Shown: positions 45,625 through 57,486, numbered from the stretch's first letter. The stretch: DNA of 64,000 bases from Bacillota bacterium (GCA_036744005.1 DAINOJ010000012.1:180-64179); one strand, 5' to 3'. Made by a program: numbers and translations. Notes: generated by a model from the sequence alone, not told the origin.

Positions 45625-46671
45625 TTGAAAAAACTACTTGTACTCTTTCTAGTCCTCGCTTTGTTTATGAGTGGTTGTAATACCACAGCTCCTGAGGTTC
45701 TAAAACCCCTTCCAACTACCCAGACCTTTACCGATTCGAGCGGTCGAAGTGTTGAGCTTCCTTTAGAGGTTACACGAATTGCAGCATCCGGGTCCATGGC
45801 TCAAATGTTTTTATTTGCGCTTTGTCCAGAATATTTGGTTGGTCTTGCTTCTCCTTGGAGCCAGGAAGCAGAAAAATACATTCAAACGGAGTATTATAAA
45901 CTGCCTGTACTAGGGCAATTTTATGGAACCGGCACACTAAACATGGAGGAAGTTGTCAAAACAGCACCTCAAGTGATTATTGATGTAGGGGAAGCCAAGA
46001 AAAGCATTGTTGAAGATATGGATTCCATTATGAAACAAGTGAATATTCCCACCATCCACATTGAAGCAACAACGGAGACTACTGCTGATGCCTATCGCCT
46101 ATTAGGAAAACTACTCAATCGCGAAGAAAAAGCGGAAAAGCTGGCTAGTTATATTGAAAAGACATTACAGCAAGTGAATAAGACCGTTAGTACCGTCGAG
46201 AAATCCTCTGTACTTTATCTCTTGGGCAATAATGGGCTGAATGTTTTAGCAAAGACATCTTTCCATGCAGAAGTTATTGACCATGTTTCCAATAACGCCG
46301 CAATCATAGAACAACCTTCTTTTAAAGGTTCGGGTAACGAAGTGGACTTTGAACAATTACTGCTCTGGGATGCCGATGTGCTCTTAGTTGCTCCCGATAG
46401 TATTTACGATGAAATTATCCAAGATGCAAGTTGGCAACAACTTCGTGCAGTCCAGAATGGACAACTATATCGGGTTCCCAGTGGACCTTATAATTGGATT
46501 ACCAATCCTCCTTCTGTCAATATTTATCTTGGTATGTTATGGCTAACCGATTTGCTTTACCCAGAAAATGTGGAGTATGACTTATTCAAAGAAGTCACCG
46601 AATATTATCGCCTTTTCTATGGTCATGAACTAACTTTAGAGGAGTTTACATCATTAACTGCACATCCATAG
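45625..46671 (+). CDS. TroA/BtuF-class periplasmic-binding lipoprotein of the ABC importer
   Basis: TTG start giving MKKLLVLFLVLALFMSGC with lipobox. RBS AAAGGAAG is 9 nt upstream. Class III SBP size and pattern. Confidence 0.7.
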   Translation: MKKLLVLFLVLALFMSGCNTTAPEVLKPLPTTQTFTDSSGRSVELPLEVTRIAASGSMAQMFLFALCPEYLVGLASPWSQEAEKYIQTEYYKLPVLGQFYGTGTLNMEEVVKTAPQVIIDVGEAKKSIVEDMDSIMKQVNIPTIHIEATTETTADAYRLLGKLLNREEKAEKLASYIEKTLQQVNKTVSTVEKSSVLYLLGNNGLNVLAKTSFHAEVIDHVSNNAAIIEQPSFKGSGNEVDFEQLLLWDADVLLVAPDSIYDEIIQDASWQQLRAVQNGQLYRVPSGPYNWITNPPSVNIYLGMLWLTDLLYPENVEYDLFKEVTEYYRLFYGHELTLEEFTSLTAHP

Positions 46672-46815
46672 AAAACTCCTACATAAGGTGGTCACAGAGA
46701 CTTCTTTCGTCAAGGTCGTACATTACGTTTACTACATATATTAGATGAAGATTGCACATTCCGTTCTCCTATGATAAAGTATGCATATTAGAAACATTGA
46801 AAGGAGAGCGTTCCT

Positions 46816-47370
46816 ATGGGATCACCACTTCGATGCCCTTGGGCGATGGATCCGTTTTCTATGGAGTATCATGACCATGAATGGGGAAAACCCAGTCATG
46901 ACGACCGGCATTTATTCGAGCTATTGATACTGGAAGGTTTTCAAGCAGGATTAAGTTGGGTTACTATTCTTAAGAAAAGAGAAGCTTTTCGAGAAGCTTT
47001 TGATGGGTTTGACCCTGCTGTCATTGCAAAGTATGACGAGGAGAAACTCAGCTCGTTCATGAAAAATGAGAAAATTATCAGAAATCGTTTGAAAATTGCT
47101 GCTTGTGTCGCCAACGCTCGTGCTTTTTTGAAAGTTCAACAAGAATTTGGAAATTTCGATACCTATATTTGGTCTTTTACTAACGGTATAGCGATGGATC
47201 CAAAGTGGGAATCTAGCCAAAACGTTCCCACAGAAAGCGAGTTGTCACGTACCATCAGTAAGGATTTAAAGAAAAGGGGCTTTCGGTTTGTTGGTCCTAC
47301 GATCATATATTCCTATTTGGGAGCCATTGGTGTCATTAACGACCACTTGATTCAATGTGAGTTTCGTTAG
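46816..47370 (+). CDS. tag: DNA-3-methyladenine glycosylase I
   Basis: RCPWA...YHDHEWGKP and the Tag-family pattern; 184 aa. Confidence 0.85.
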   Translation: MGSPLRCPWAMDPFSMEYHDHEWGKPSHDDRHLFELLILEGFQAGLSWVTILKKREAFREAFDGFDPAVIAKYDEEKLSSFMKNEKIIRNRLKIAACVANARAFLKVQQEFGNFDTYIWSFTNGIAMDPKWESSQNVPTESELSRTISKDLKKRGFRFVGPTIIYSYLGAIGVINDHLIQCEFR

Positions 47371-47394
47371 TACAATTCGTTAGGAGGGGTCCAT

Positions 47395-47931
47395 TTGTCT
47401 AATATTTGGCACGACTTAGAAGAATCCCGTGTGAAACAACAAGACTTCATTGTTGTCGTTGAGATTGCAAAGAACAGCAAGAAGAAATATGAGTTAGATA
47501 AAAGTACGGGTATGATTGTCCTTGATCGAATTCTCTATACTTCAACCCATTATCCTGCAAACTATGGATTTATTCCCCGAACCTATGGTGAGGATCATGA
47601 TCCCCTGGATGCTCTCGTATTATGTTCCGAAGCATTGGACCCTTTGGTTTTGGTTCGTTGTTATCCCATCGGTGTTGTGCTTATGGAAGACGATGGTGCC
47701 AGAGATGAGAAAATCATTGCTATTCCTTTTGGCGACCCTGCTTATCGGGAGTATAAAGATATACACGATTTACCCGCTCATATTTTTCGAGAAATGCTAC
47801 ATTTTTTCAATGTCTATAAGGATTTGGAAGGGAAAAAGACCATTGCAGATCATGTTCTCGGTCATGAAGAAGCAGAACGTTTCATTGGAGAAGCCATTGA
47901 ACGGTACAAAACCGTGTTTACAAAGCAATAA
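47395..47931 (+). CDS. ppa: Inorganic pyrophosphatase (family I)
   Basis: TTG start with RBS GGAGGGG. Conserved YPANYGFIPRT and DGD/DHDPLD active-site motifs. Confidence 0.9.
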   Translation: MSNIWHDLEESRVKQQDFIVVVEIAKNSKKKYELDKSTGMIVLDRILYTSTHYPANYGFIPRTYGEDHDPLDALVLCSEALDPLVLVRCYPIGVVLMEDDGARDEKIIAIPFGDPAYREYKDIHDLPAHIFREMLHFFNVYKDLEGKKTIADHVLGHEEAERFIGEAIERYKTVFTKQ

Positions 47932-47932
47932 A

Positions 47933-47963
47933 CGAAGGGCTCACCTTAACGGTGAGCCCTTCG
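47933..47963. terminator. Bidirectional terminator between convergent ppa and gyrA
   Basis: 13-bp GC-rich stem CGAAGGGCTCACC / GGTGAGCCCTTCG with a 5-nt loop, immediately after the ppa stop and just 3' of gyrA. Confidence 0.6.
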
Positions 47964-47975
47964 TTAACGATATCA

Positions 47976-50423
47976 TTATTCTAAATCGGGTTCTTCTTTT
48001 GCACCAACTACTTTGGCTAACCCTATGACTTGGTCCTCTTCGTCCATTTTCATAATGGTTACACCTTGAGTCGTTCTGCTCATTTGGGAGATTCCTGAAA
48101 CGGAAGTGCGAATAATGATTCCATTGATGGTAATGACCATGACGTCGTCACCTTCTCGAACCATACGCACACCGGCAATAGGTCCAGATTTTTCTGTCCT
48201 TCTCATTAAATATACACCCTTGCCGCCACGGCTTTGACAACGGTATTCTCTTATCGGGGTTCGCTTGCCAAATCCATTTGTCGTGATTACCAACAAATCG
48301 GCATCATCATTCGCCACTTCCATGGCGATTACTTCATCGTCTTCGCTAAGTGTAATCCCTCTAACACCGGTCGTCGCACGGCCCATGGGTCGGACATCGG
48401 TAGCGTTAAATCGAATCGCACTTCCTTCTTTGGTAGCCAAAACAATGTCGTCCTTGTCATCCGTAAAACGAACACCAATGAGATCATCTTCATCATTCAG
48501 TTTAATCGCTTGGATTCCACCTTTGCGAATATTCAGGTATTGATCCAATCCAGTTTTCTTAACAGTGCCCATACGAGTGCTGAAGATGAGGAACTTATCT
48601 TCTTCGAAATCTTTCACCGCGACAACAGCGGTGATTTTTTCTTCGTTCTCAATATTGAGTAAGTTGATAATATTGGTTCCTTTTGCTTGGCGACTGGCTT
48701 CCGGTATTTCATATACTTTGCTCTGGAATACCTTGCCTTTATTGGTAAAGAAGAGCAAGTAATGATGGGTTGTTGTAATGAAGAGGTTTTCTACAAAGTC
48801 TTCATCTTTTGTACCCATTGCTGTAACACCTTTACCACCTCTTCTTTGACTTCGATAAGTAGTGGAAGGAAGACGCTTAATATACCCTTGGTGAGTCAAA
48901 GTGACCACCACTTCTTCTTCTGCAATGAGATCTTCAATATTGAGTTCACCTTGGTCCGGAACAATTTCTGTGCGGCGGTCATCACCAAACTCCTCGCGAA
49001 TACCGCGCATTTCGTTTTCAATGACTTGTTTCAATTTTTCAATATCGGCTAGAATTTCCAATAGACGACTGATTTCAGCCATGACTTCTTTATACTCGGC
49101 TTCTAATTTGTCGATTTCCAAATTTGTCAAGCGACGCAACCGCATATCCAAAACAGCAGTTGCTTGGCGATCTGAGAAACCAAATGTTTCCATGAGTCGG
49201 GGTTTTGCTTCGGTATCATCTTTAGAAGACCGTATGATACGTATAACTTTATCGATATTACTAGCGGCAATACGTAAGCCCTCTAAAATATGGGCTCTTT
49301 CTCTCGCTTTTCGTAATTCGAATTCTGTTCGGCGAGTCACTACAACTTTTTGATGTTCTATATAATTCTCGAGAACTTCTTTTAGATTCAGTGTTCTCGG
49401 TTCGTCGTTGACCAATGCCAACATGATGATACCAAAGCTCTCTTGCAGCTGTGTATGTGCATAGAGTTGATTTAATATCACTGCCGGTTTCGCATCTCTG
49501 CGAAGCTCGATGACGATTCGCATTCCATCCCGGTCTGACTCGTCTCTTAAGTCGGTGATTCCATCAATTTTTCTGTCTCTAGCCAAAAAGGCAATTTTTT
49601 CTACTAATTTCGCTTTATTGACCTGATATGGCAATTCATTGACAATGATTCGGGTTTTCCCATTTTGCATCCGTTCAAAACGGCTGCGTGCACGCATGAC
49701 TACAATACCTCGACCTGTGGTATAAGCACTACGAATTCCCTGCATACCCATAATGATTCCGGCCGTAGGAAAGTCGGGACCTTTTATATGTTTCATTAAG
49801 TCTTCAATAGAGGCTTCCGGGTTACGCAATAACAATAAAGCAGCATCGATGATTTCCCTTAGATTATGAGGTGGTATGTTTGTCGCCATACCCACCGCAA
49901 TTCCGGAAGAACCATTGGCTAATAAATTTGGGAACCGGCTGGGTAGAACTTTGGGTTCCGTTTGTGAGCTATCATAGTTCGGGATAAAATCTACCGTATC
50001 TTTTTCGATATCCCGCAGCATTTCGTTGGAAATTTTACATAATCTAGCTTCCGTATACCGCATTGCTGCAGCCGGATCTCCATCGATCGAACCAAAGTTA
50101 CCATGACCATCTATGAACGGATAGCGTTGATTAAAATCCTGAGCCATGCGGACTAAGGTATCATATATAGCGACGTCGCCATGAGGATGGTATTTACCCA
50201 TGACGTCTGCAACCGGTCTAGCTGATTTTCGATACGGACGATCGTAGGTTAAGTCGGAATCATACATCGCATAAAGAATACGACGATGAACCGGCTTTAA
50301 GCCATCTCGTACATCCGGAAGAGCTCGGCTAACGATAACGCTCATGGAATATTCAATATACGACTTTTTCATTTCATCTGCTAAATCAACAGGAACAATC
50401 TTACCATGAATGAATTCATCCAT
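47976..50423 (-). CDS. gyrA: DNA gyrase subunit A
   Basis: 815 aa. Active-site region [10 protein letters not shown] and the conserved GyrA N-terminus. Confidence 0.95.
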   Translation of the reverse strand: MDEFIHGKIVPVDLADEMKKSYIEYSMSVIVSRALPDVRDGLKPVHRRILYAMYDSDLTYDRPYRKSARPVADVMGKYHPHGDVAIYDTLVRMAQDFNQRYPFIDGHGNFGSIDGDPAAAMRYTEARLCKISNEMLRDIEKDTVDFIPNYDSSQTEPKVLPSRFPNLLANGSSGIAVGMATNIPPHNLREIIDAALLLLRNPEASIEDLMKHIKGPDFPTAGIIMGMQGIRSAYTTGRGIVVMRARSRFERMQNGKTRIIVNELPYQVNKAKLVEKIAFLARDRKIDGITDLRDESDRDGMRIVIELRRDAKPAVILNQLYAHTQLQESFGIIMLALVNDEPRTLNLKEVLENYIEHQKVVVTRRTEFELRKARERAHILEGLRIAASNIDKVIRIIRSSKDDTEAKPRLMETFGFSDRQATAVLDMRLRRLTNLEIDKLEAEYKEVMAEISRLLEILADIEKLKQVIENEMRGIREEFGDDRRTEIVPDQGELNIEDLIAEEEVVVTLTHQGYIKRLPSTTYRSQRRGGKGVTAMGTKDEDFVENLFITTTHHYLLFFTNKGKVFQSKVYEIPEASRQAKGTNIINLLNIENEEKITAVVAVKDFEEDKFLIFSTRMGTVKKTGLDQYLNIRKGGIQAIKLNDEDDLIGVRFTDDKDDIVLATKEGSAIRFNATDVRPMGRATTGVRGITLSEDDEVIAMEVANDDADLLVITTNGFGKRTPIREYRCQSRGGKGVYLMRRTEKSGPIAGVRMVREGDDVMVITINGIIIRTSVSGISQMSRTTQGVTIMKMDEEDQVIGLAKVVGAKEEPDLE

Positions 50424-50441
50424 TTGCTAAACTCCCCCTTT

Positions 50442-52394
<1,953 letters not shown>

Positions 52395-52523
52395 TTAACT
52401 AATATATTATAACAAAAAATAGGGTATTGTGCAAGGGTCATCCCTTGCTTAGGTTCGCTTATATAAAATAAGGTACAAGTACAAGAACGATAGTACTTTA
52501 ATAGCACTAGACGCAGTAGAGTA

Positions 52524-52687
52524 TGTGGATAGTGTGGATAAAAAAATCTCTACATATATATATGAGTTTTTTTACCTGTGGATGAAATTGTGATACCTAC
52601 GAAAAAACGGTGGATAACTTTTAAATCCCTGTGTTCTGTTTTGGATAACTAGTACAATGAACAAGTTATCCACATAGCTGTCCACAG
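52524..52687. repeat. Secondary DnaA-box cluster upstream of gyrB
   Basis: Perfect 9-mers TGTGGATAA (52533-52541) and TTATCCACA (52666-52674). One-mismatch boxes at 52524-52532, 52577-52585, 52609-52617 and 52640-52648; TGTCCACAG at 52679-52687. The surrounding sequence is AT-rich. Confidence 0.6.
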
Positions 52688-52744
52688 AAATTGTGCATAA
52701 GTTGTTCCTTGCAATAAGAAAGCTCCGCAATAACGGAGCTTTCT

Positions 52745-52972
52745 TTATTCATGAAGTAACTCGTTGATGTCTCCACAGCGTTTGTATAAAGTCGTACTGG
52801 CTATGACTGAGGGGACCAAGCAGGTGCGGGTTAAAACACAGGATTTTATTTTTGTTTTTCCGATTTTTTGCGGTAGAGTGGAAAACAGTGGAGACCGACA
52901 GGTTGACAAATCAAAGATCCCGATGATTTCGCGAATCTCAGAATTGCTGTTTTGTCCAAGGTGTAAATACAT
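52745..52972 (-). CDS. remB: DUF370-family protein (YaaB/RemB-like) between recF and gyrB
   Basis: 75 aa starting MYLHLGQNSNSEIREIIGIFDL, which matches the MYIHLG....I.GIFD N-terminus of RemB. Its position is syntenic with Bacillus recF-remB-gyrB. Confidence 0.55.
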   Translation of the reverse strand: MYLHLGQNSNSEIREIIGIFDLSTCRSPLFSTLPQKIGKTKIKSCVLTRTCLVPSVIASTTLYKRCGDINELLHE

Positions 52973-52991
52973 GATTATACCTAACTTTCAA

Positions 52992-54089
52992 TTAGTTTTC
53001 TTTCGTCTGTATTCGCCCTTCTTGTATGCGAATCACTTTACCATGTAACCCGCTTAATACGGGTGGCATCGCTGTAGAACTGATAAAAGTTTGTCCCATG
53101 CTTTTCAAGGCTTGAATCAAATGATGTTGTCGTTCGGCATCCAGTTCAGAGAGAACATCATCCAAAATGATAATCGGTTTTTCTCCGGTGGTTGTTTCCA
53201 TAAGCTGAGCTTCGGCTAATTTTAAAGAGAGTACGACACTTCTCTGTTGCCCTTGTGAACCATATTGTCTTAAGGTTTTCTCGTTCAGATAAACAATAAA
53301 ATCATCGCGATGTGGACCTATGAGACTGGTTCGGCGTAACAGCTCTTCTTTGGTTTTCTCGCACATTTGCTGATATAATTGATTTGCTAACTTTGAATGT
53401 TCGATATTGTTGTCCACGGCTCCCTGATAGGAGAATCGAAGTAGCTCTGTAGAATGTAAAATTGATTGATGAACGGCAGCATGTTTTTCTAACTGCTGTA
53501 AAATCTGTTTTCGCTTCTGTATTATTGAACTACCATGTTCGGATAATTGCTGGTTATAGATGTCCAATAAAGTGGCTTCTGGGCGTTCTTGTTTGAGAAA
53601 AGCATTCTTTTGGTGTAAAACTAGAAAATATTGCCCAAGATGATGCAAATAGGAAGGAGATATTTGTGAGATGGCAATATCGAGAAAACGCCTGCGGATG
53701 GAAGGATCCCCTTTGACCAGTTCTAAATGTTCCGGAGCAAAAAACACTACGTTTAGCTGTCCCAGCAAAGAGGCCATTTTGGGTTGAAGAATTCCGTTGA
53801 TACGAACGATTTTTTTGCCTTGTCGATTGACATGAAGTTCCAACAAATCGTTCGTCGCCTTCTTTTGTACAAGACCTTTGATATGATAACCCTCTTCTTG
53901 CCATAGAATCATCTCTTGATCACGGGAAGTGCGATGAGAACGTCCGGTTGCCAGCAAATGACAAGCTTCCAGCAGATTTGTTTTCCCTTGCGCATTCGAG
54001 CCAATCAGTAGGTTTACGCCAGGATCGAAATCTACTTCTAGGGTTAGATAATTGCGAAACGTCACAAGGGACAAATGCTTCAGCTTCAT
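52992..54089 (-). CDS. recF: DNA replication and repair protein RecF
   Basis: Walker A GSNAQGKTNLLEA and the SMC-like signature. Start set at ATG 54089 (MKLKHL...), directly after the yaaA stop; the track's TTG extension was rejected. Confidence 0.9.
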   Translation of the reverse strand: MKLKHLSLVTFRNYLTLEVDFDPGVNLLIGSNAQGKTNLLEACHLLATGRSHRTSRDQEMILWQEEGYHIKGLVQKKATNDLLELHVNRQGKKIVRINGILQPKMASLLGQLNVVFFAPEHLELVKGDPSIRRRFLDIAISQISPSYLHHLGQYFLVLHQKNAFLKQERPEATLLDIYNQQLSEHGSSIIQKRKQILQQLEKHAAVHQSILHSTELLRFSYQGAVDNNIEHSKLANQLYQQMCEKTKEELLRRTSLIGPHRDDFIVYLNEKTLRQYGSQGQQRSVVLSLKLAEAQLMETTTGEKPIIILDDVLSELDAERQHHLIQALKSMGQTFISSTAMPPVLSGLHGKVIRIQEGRIQTKEN

Positions 54090-54313
54090 TTTTTTGAGAC
54101 CGGTATCATTTTCCAAGTGCCAATGGTAGATAATTGAACAATATCATCCGCCCGAAGCTTTCGACCCCGTCGATTTTCCGGTTCTCCGTTGACGAAAACA
54201 TCTTCTTCTGCTAAAAATTGCTTTACCTGGCCACCACTTTCCAAAATATTCAATACTTTGATCATTTGGCCCAAAGTAATATATTCACCATGAAATTGAA
54301 ATTCTTGTTGCAT
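54086..54313 (-). CDS. yaaA: S4-domain RNA-binding protein YaaA
   Basis: 75-aa S4-like protein between dnaN and recF, as in other Firmicutes. Confidence 0.75.
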   Translation of the reverse strand: MQQEFQFHGEYITLGQMIKVLNILESGGQVKQFLAEEDVFVNGEPENRRGRKLRADDIVQLSTIGTWKMIPVSKK

Positions 54314-54324
54314 AGAGTTCTCCT

Positions 54325-55449
54325 TTACTGTGATAAACGGATGGGGGATAAGAAACCGGTAAATTTGTCGTCGCCTACACCATAAAGGATACCGGCTGCC
54401 AGACTGCCTGCTAATTCGAAACGAACCATTTCACATTCTAGATTTCTTAGAATATCGAGTAAGAACCGACCATTAAAGCCAATAGTAAGATCTTCTCCGG
54501 TTTTTTCAACAGGAATTTCTTCCAATAATTGTCCCAGTTCCGGAGAATTCGCAGAGATAATGAGGAGTTGGTTTTCAAATTGCATGCGCACAATGTTGGA
54601 TCCGCGATTGTCATCCCGAGTAATCAACAAACTACGTTCAATGCTGTCAATCAGGTTTTTGCGAACGACGAGAATATGACTATTTGGCACTTTGCGCATG
54701 AGGTCTTTCGCACTTTTGAAGGGATATTGTCCATCGATTAATCGAGTTTGTAAAGTGATTCGATCGAGTTGTACGCTCATGTGATTTTGAGTAAAGCGCA
54801 AGGTAATTGGAGTATCCACCGAATCCAACAACTTCTCTAACTCTCGAATACAAGGATTTGGAATAATGCATTCAAAATCCTCATCGGCGGCCGACACTTC
54901 TAGCACATATTCTGCTAGTCGAAATCCATCCATTGCCAAAACACGGTGACCGTCTCCACCGAGTTTCAGTAACATACCAGTCATGACCGGTCTTGCTTCA
55001 TCTTGAGATATGGCATAACTGACTTTACCAATGGCTTGTTTCAGTATGTTTTGTGGAACAGACCAACTTCTCTCGGTGGGCATCGCTTGCGGTAAGGGAA
55101 AATCCATTGGATCCATGCCACGCAATTCCAGTTTGATTTGATTTCCGGTTAGTTTAACGGAATACGAGTCGGGGCTCATGTTCATGGCGATGAGCCCTTC
55201 CGGCAAACGACGGATTAAATCGGCTAAAAAGCGAGCCGGTAAAACGATTTGACCATGCTCTTCCACTTCTGCTCGAACTTTAACTTGTAGTGAGAGCTCT
55301 AAATTGGTCCCAGTGATTTCCACTGTTTGGCTATCTAATGTTTTAATTAGCAAACCCGTGACGGCAGCTTGGGGATACTTGCTGGGAGCAATGCGTTGAG
55401 CCAATGAGACGCCAAATAGTAAATCTTCTCGGTCAAATTTTACAATCAT
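54325..55449 (-). CDS. dnaN: DNA polymerase III beta sliding clamp
   Basis: 374 aa with a three-domain clamp pattern. It lies immediately downstream of dnaA. Confidence 0.95.
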   Translation of the reverse strand: MIVKFDREDLLFGVSLAQRIAPSKYPQAAVTGLLIKTLDSQTVEITGTNLELSLQVKVRAEVEEHGQIVLPARFLADLIRRLPEGLIAMNMSPDSYSVKLTGNQIKLELRGMDPMDFPLPQAMPTERSWSVPQNILKQAIGKVSYAISQDEARPVMTGMLLKLGGDGHRVLAMDGFRLAEYVLEVSAADEDFECIIPNPCIRELEKLLDSVDTPITLRFTQNHMSVQLDRITLQTRLIDGQYPFKSAKDLMRKVPNSHILVVRKNLIDSIERSLLITRDDNRGSNIVRMQFENQLLIISANSPELGQLLEEIPVEKTGEDLTIGFNGRFLLDILRNLECEMVRFELAGSLAAGILYGVGDDKFTGFLSPIRLSQ

Positions 55450-55473
55450 GGTGTTTCCCTCTTTCTTACGTCT

Positions 55474-56814
55474 TTATAGTTGGATCTGCTGAATCATTTC
55501 TTTAATAAAACGATCTAGCTTGGTATCACTGCTCCGCATTTCGTCGATTTTTTCAATGGCGTGCAGAACAGTAGCATGGTCGCGTCCACCAAACGCTTCT
55601 CCGATTTTCTTTAAAGAAGTGTCGGTCATGGAACGAGACAAATACATAGCCACTTGACGGGGGAAGGCAATATTCTGAGCACGAGTTTTCGCTTTCAAAT
55701 CGGAAATGGTAATACTATACTGGTGCGCTACGACTTCCTGGATAAGATCAATCGTAATCACTTTGATTTTTTGGGAAGAGAGGGTATCTTTTAATGTATC
55801 GTTAACAAAGTCAATGTTGACGGTTTGTCGCATCAATAACGAACGGGCATTGACTCGCAAAAGTGCTCCTTCCAGTTCGCGAATATTGCTTTTGATGTTT
55901 GTAGCAATAAAATACAAGACATCATCGGAGACATTCATAAACTCTTCTTTGGCTTTTGCTTGTAAAATGGCTACTCGGGTTTCTAAATCCGGAGGTTGAA
56001 TATCGGTAATCATTCCCCACTCAAAGCGGGTGCGAATTCTCTCTTCTAGGGCAGGGATTTCTTTAGGCGGACGATCACAGGCAATAACAATTTGCTTCTT
56101 TGCATTATAAAGTGCATTGAAGGTATGAAAAAACTCCGTTTGGGTTTCTTCTTTTTTCGAAATGAATTGTATGTCGTCAATGAGCAATAAATCAACATTG
56201 CGATATCGTTCACGGAACTCTCTGGTGGTATCATTACGTATAGCAGAGATAAATTCGTTTAAAAAATGCTCAAAGGGTATATAAACGATTCTCGCCATAG
56301 GGTTATTTTTATAGATATGATTTCCAATGGCGTGCATCAAATGAGTCTTTCCAAGACCGACTCCACCATAAATAAAGAACGGATTATACGTTGTTCCCGG
56401 GGCTTCGGCAACCCTTAACGAAGCGGCATGAGCAAATTCGTTGGATTTTCCCTTAACAAAACGTTCAAACGTATATTTCGGGTTCATGGCATTATACGGC
56501 ATATCTAAAGGAGAGAGATCTGTGTTTTCGGTTACTTCAAACAAATCGGGTTCGTCTTCTCCACCAGACATGGGAGCAATGATTTCTACTTGTAAGGAGA
56601 GTCCCGTGGCTTCTCTTATGGTGTCTCGAATGGTTTTGCTGTAGTTTTCCTGGATAAATTTTTGCAAGACCGGATCGGAGCTGTTGAGTATGAGCGTGTC
56701 ATCCACTAAACTAACAGGAAACAAACGAGTAAAGAAGGTGTCAAAGATAAATTTTTGTAATCGAGGTTCCAGCTTTTTCAAGGTCACCTGCCAAATAGTA
56801 CTCAAGTCGTTCAT
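55474..56814 (-). CDS. dnaA: Chromosomal replication initiator DnaA
   Basis: AAA+ Walker A GGVGLGKTHLMHA and the C-terminal DnaA box-binding signature. Start set at ATG 56814 (MNDLSTIWQ.., RBS AAGGATGA), giving 446 aa; the track's TTG extension was rejected. Confidence 0.95.
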   Translation of the reverse strand: MNDLSTIWQVTLKKLEPRLQKFIFDTFFTRLFPVSLVDDTLILNSSDPVLQKFIQENYSKTIRDTIREATGLSLQVEIIAPMSGGEDEPDLFEVTENTDLSPLDMPYNAMNPKYTFERFVKGKSNEFAHAASLRVAEAPGTTYNPFFIYGGVGLGKTHLMHAIGNHIYKNNPMARIVYIPFEHFLNEFISAIRNDTTREFRERYRNVDLLLIDDIQFISKKEETQTEFFHTFNALYNAKKQIVIACDRPPKEIPALEERIRTRFEWGMITDIQPPDLETRVAILQAKAKEEFMNVSDDVLYFIATNIKSNIRELEGALLRVNARSLLMRQTVNIDFVNDTLKDTLSSQKIKVITIDLIQEVVAHQYSITISDLKAKTRAQNIAFPRQVAMYLSRSMTDTSLKKIGEAFGGRDHATVLHAIEKIDEMRSSDTKLDRFIKEMIQQIQL

Positions 56815-56851
56815 GGTTGCATCATCCTTGCTATTTCTTAATGAAAAAAAG

Positions 56852-57122
56852 ATATCCACAATAACGGTTGACTTCAAAGAATCAGACCAGGGAGTTTTCC
56901 TCCGAACTATCCACGATGTGTTTATAAAATGTGGATAACTTTTGAGTGTTTTCTTGCTTCTTTCGAGAGTTAAATGTGGATAAGAAGGTCAATAAGCACC
57001 TATATTGAAGAAAAGCTCTGATTTTTGCGCAATATGAGAGCGTTTTTTCGGAAAAAAGACGGGTTATGAACAAACTTGTCCACCTATGTGGATAACTCGA
57101 AGAGAAATGACACTTATCCACA
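56852..57122. repeat. oriC DnaA-box cluster between dnaA and rpmH
   Basis: Perfect boxes TGTGGATAA at 56930-56938, 56975-56983 and 57087-57095, and TTATCCACA at 57114-57122. Near-matches at 56852-56860 and 56907-56915. AT-rich stretches follow at 57130-57260. Confidence 0.75.
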
Positions 57123-57217
57123 TCCCATCGTCCATATATTAACATAGGACGGGGTAGTTATCAACACCTTTTTCCTCAACCGCTGTGGGTAAGTTTATAA
57201 AAGAGAAAGCGAAATGA

Positions 57218-57246
57218 TTGACAGCATTGATTTTTTCGATTATAAT
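57218..57246 (+). promoter_or_regulatory. Sigma-A promoter for the rpmH-rnpA operon
   Basis: Consensus TTGACA (57218-57223), a 17-nt spacer, then consensus TATAAT (57241-57246), about 75 nt upstream of rpmH. Confidence 0.55.
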
Positions 57247-57323
57247 GAACTTCATACTATGTCATTGCCATCATGCTTGTTTGATAACCTCAAACGAGTG
57301 GTAATAGAAGGAGGTGTCCGACA

Positions 57324-57458
57324 ATGCTGAGAACATTTCAGCCCAATGTACGAAAAAGAAAAAAAGATCATGGTTTTCGTAAAAGAATGTCATCACACGG
57401 GGGTCGCTTAACCATCCGCCGCCGTCGCCTGAAAGGCAGAAAAATATTAACTGCGTAA
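57324..57458 (+). CDS. rpmH: 50S ribosomal protein L34
   Basis: Too short for the ORF track. Translation [44 protein letters not shown] matches the L34 consensus. RBS GGAGG is 9 nt upstream. Confidence 0.9.
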   Translation: MLRTFQPNVRKRKKDHGFRKRMSSHGGRLTIRRRRLKGRKILTA

Positions 57459-57486
57459 AAAGGCCACTTGGGTGGTCTTTTTTTCC
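57459..57486 (+). terminator. Rho-independent terminator/attenuator after rpmH
   Basis: AGGCCAC uugg GUGGUCU hairpin (one G-U pair) followed by UUUUUUU. Confidence 0.6.

Noticed and set aside
47516-48028. 170-aa plus-strand ORF
   Set aside because: It is an alternative frame across the ppa 3' half, running through the terminator into the gyrA 3' end. ppa is conserved in its own frame.
57324-57458. Apparent frameshift in rpmH within the A-rich tract near codons 11-14
   Set aside because: This was a transcription error on my part. Re-reading the lines shows seven A residues after the G, not six. The 44-codon frame is intact and matches the L34 consensus end to end.
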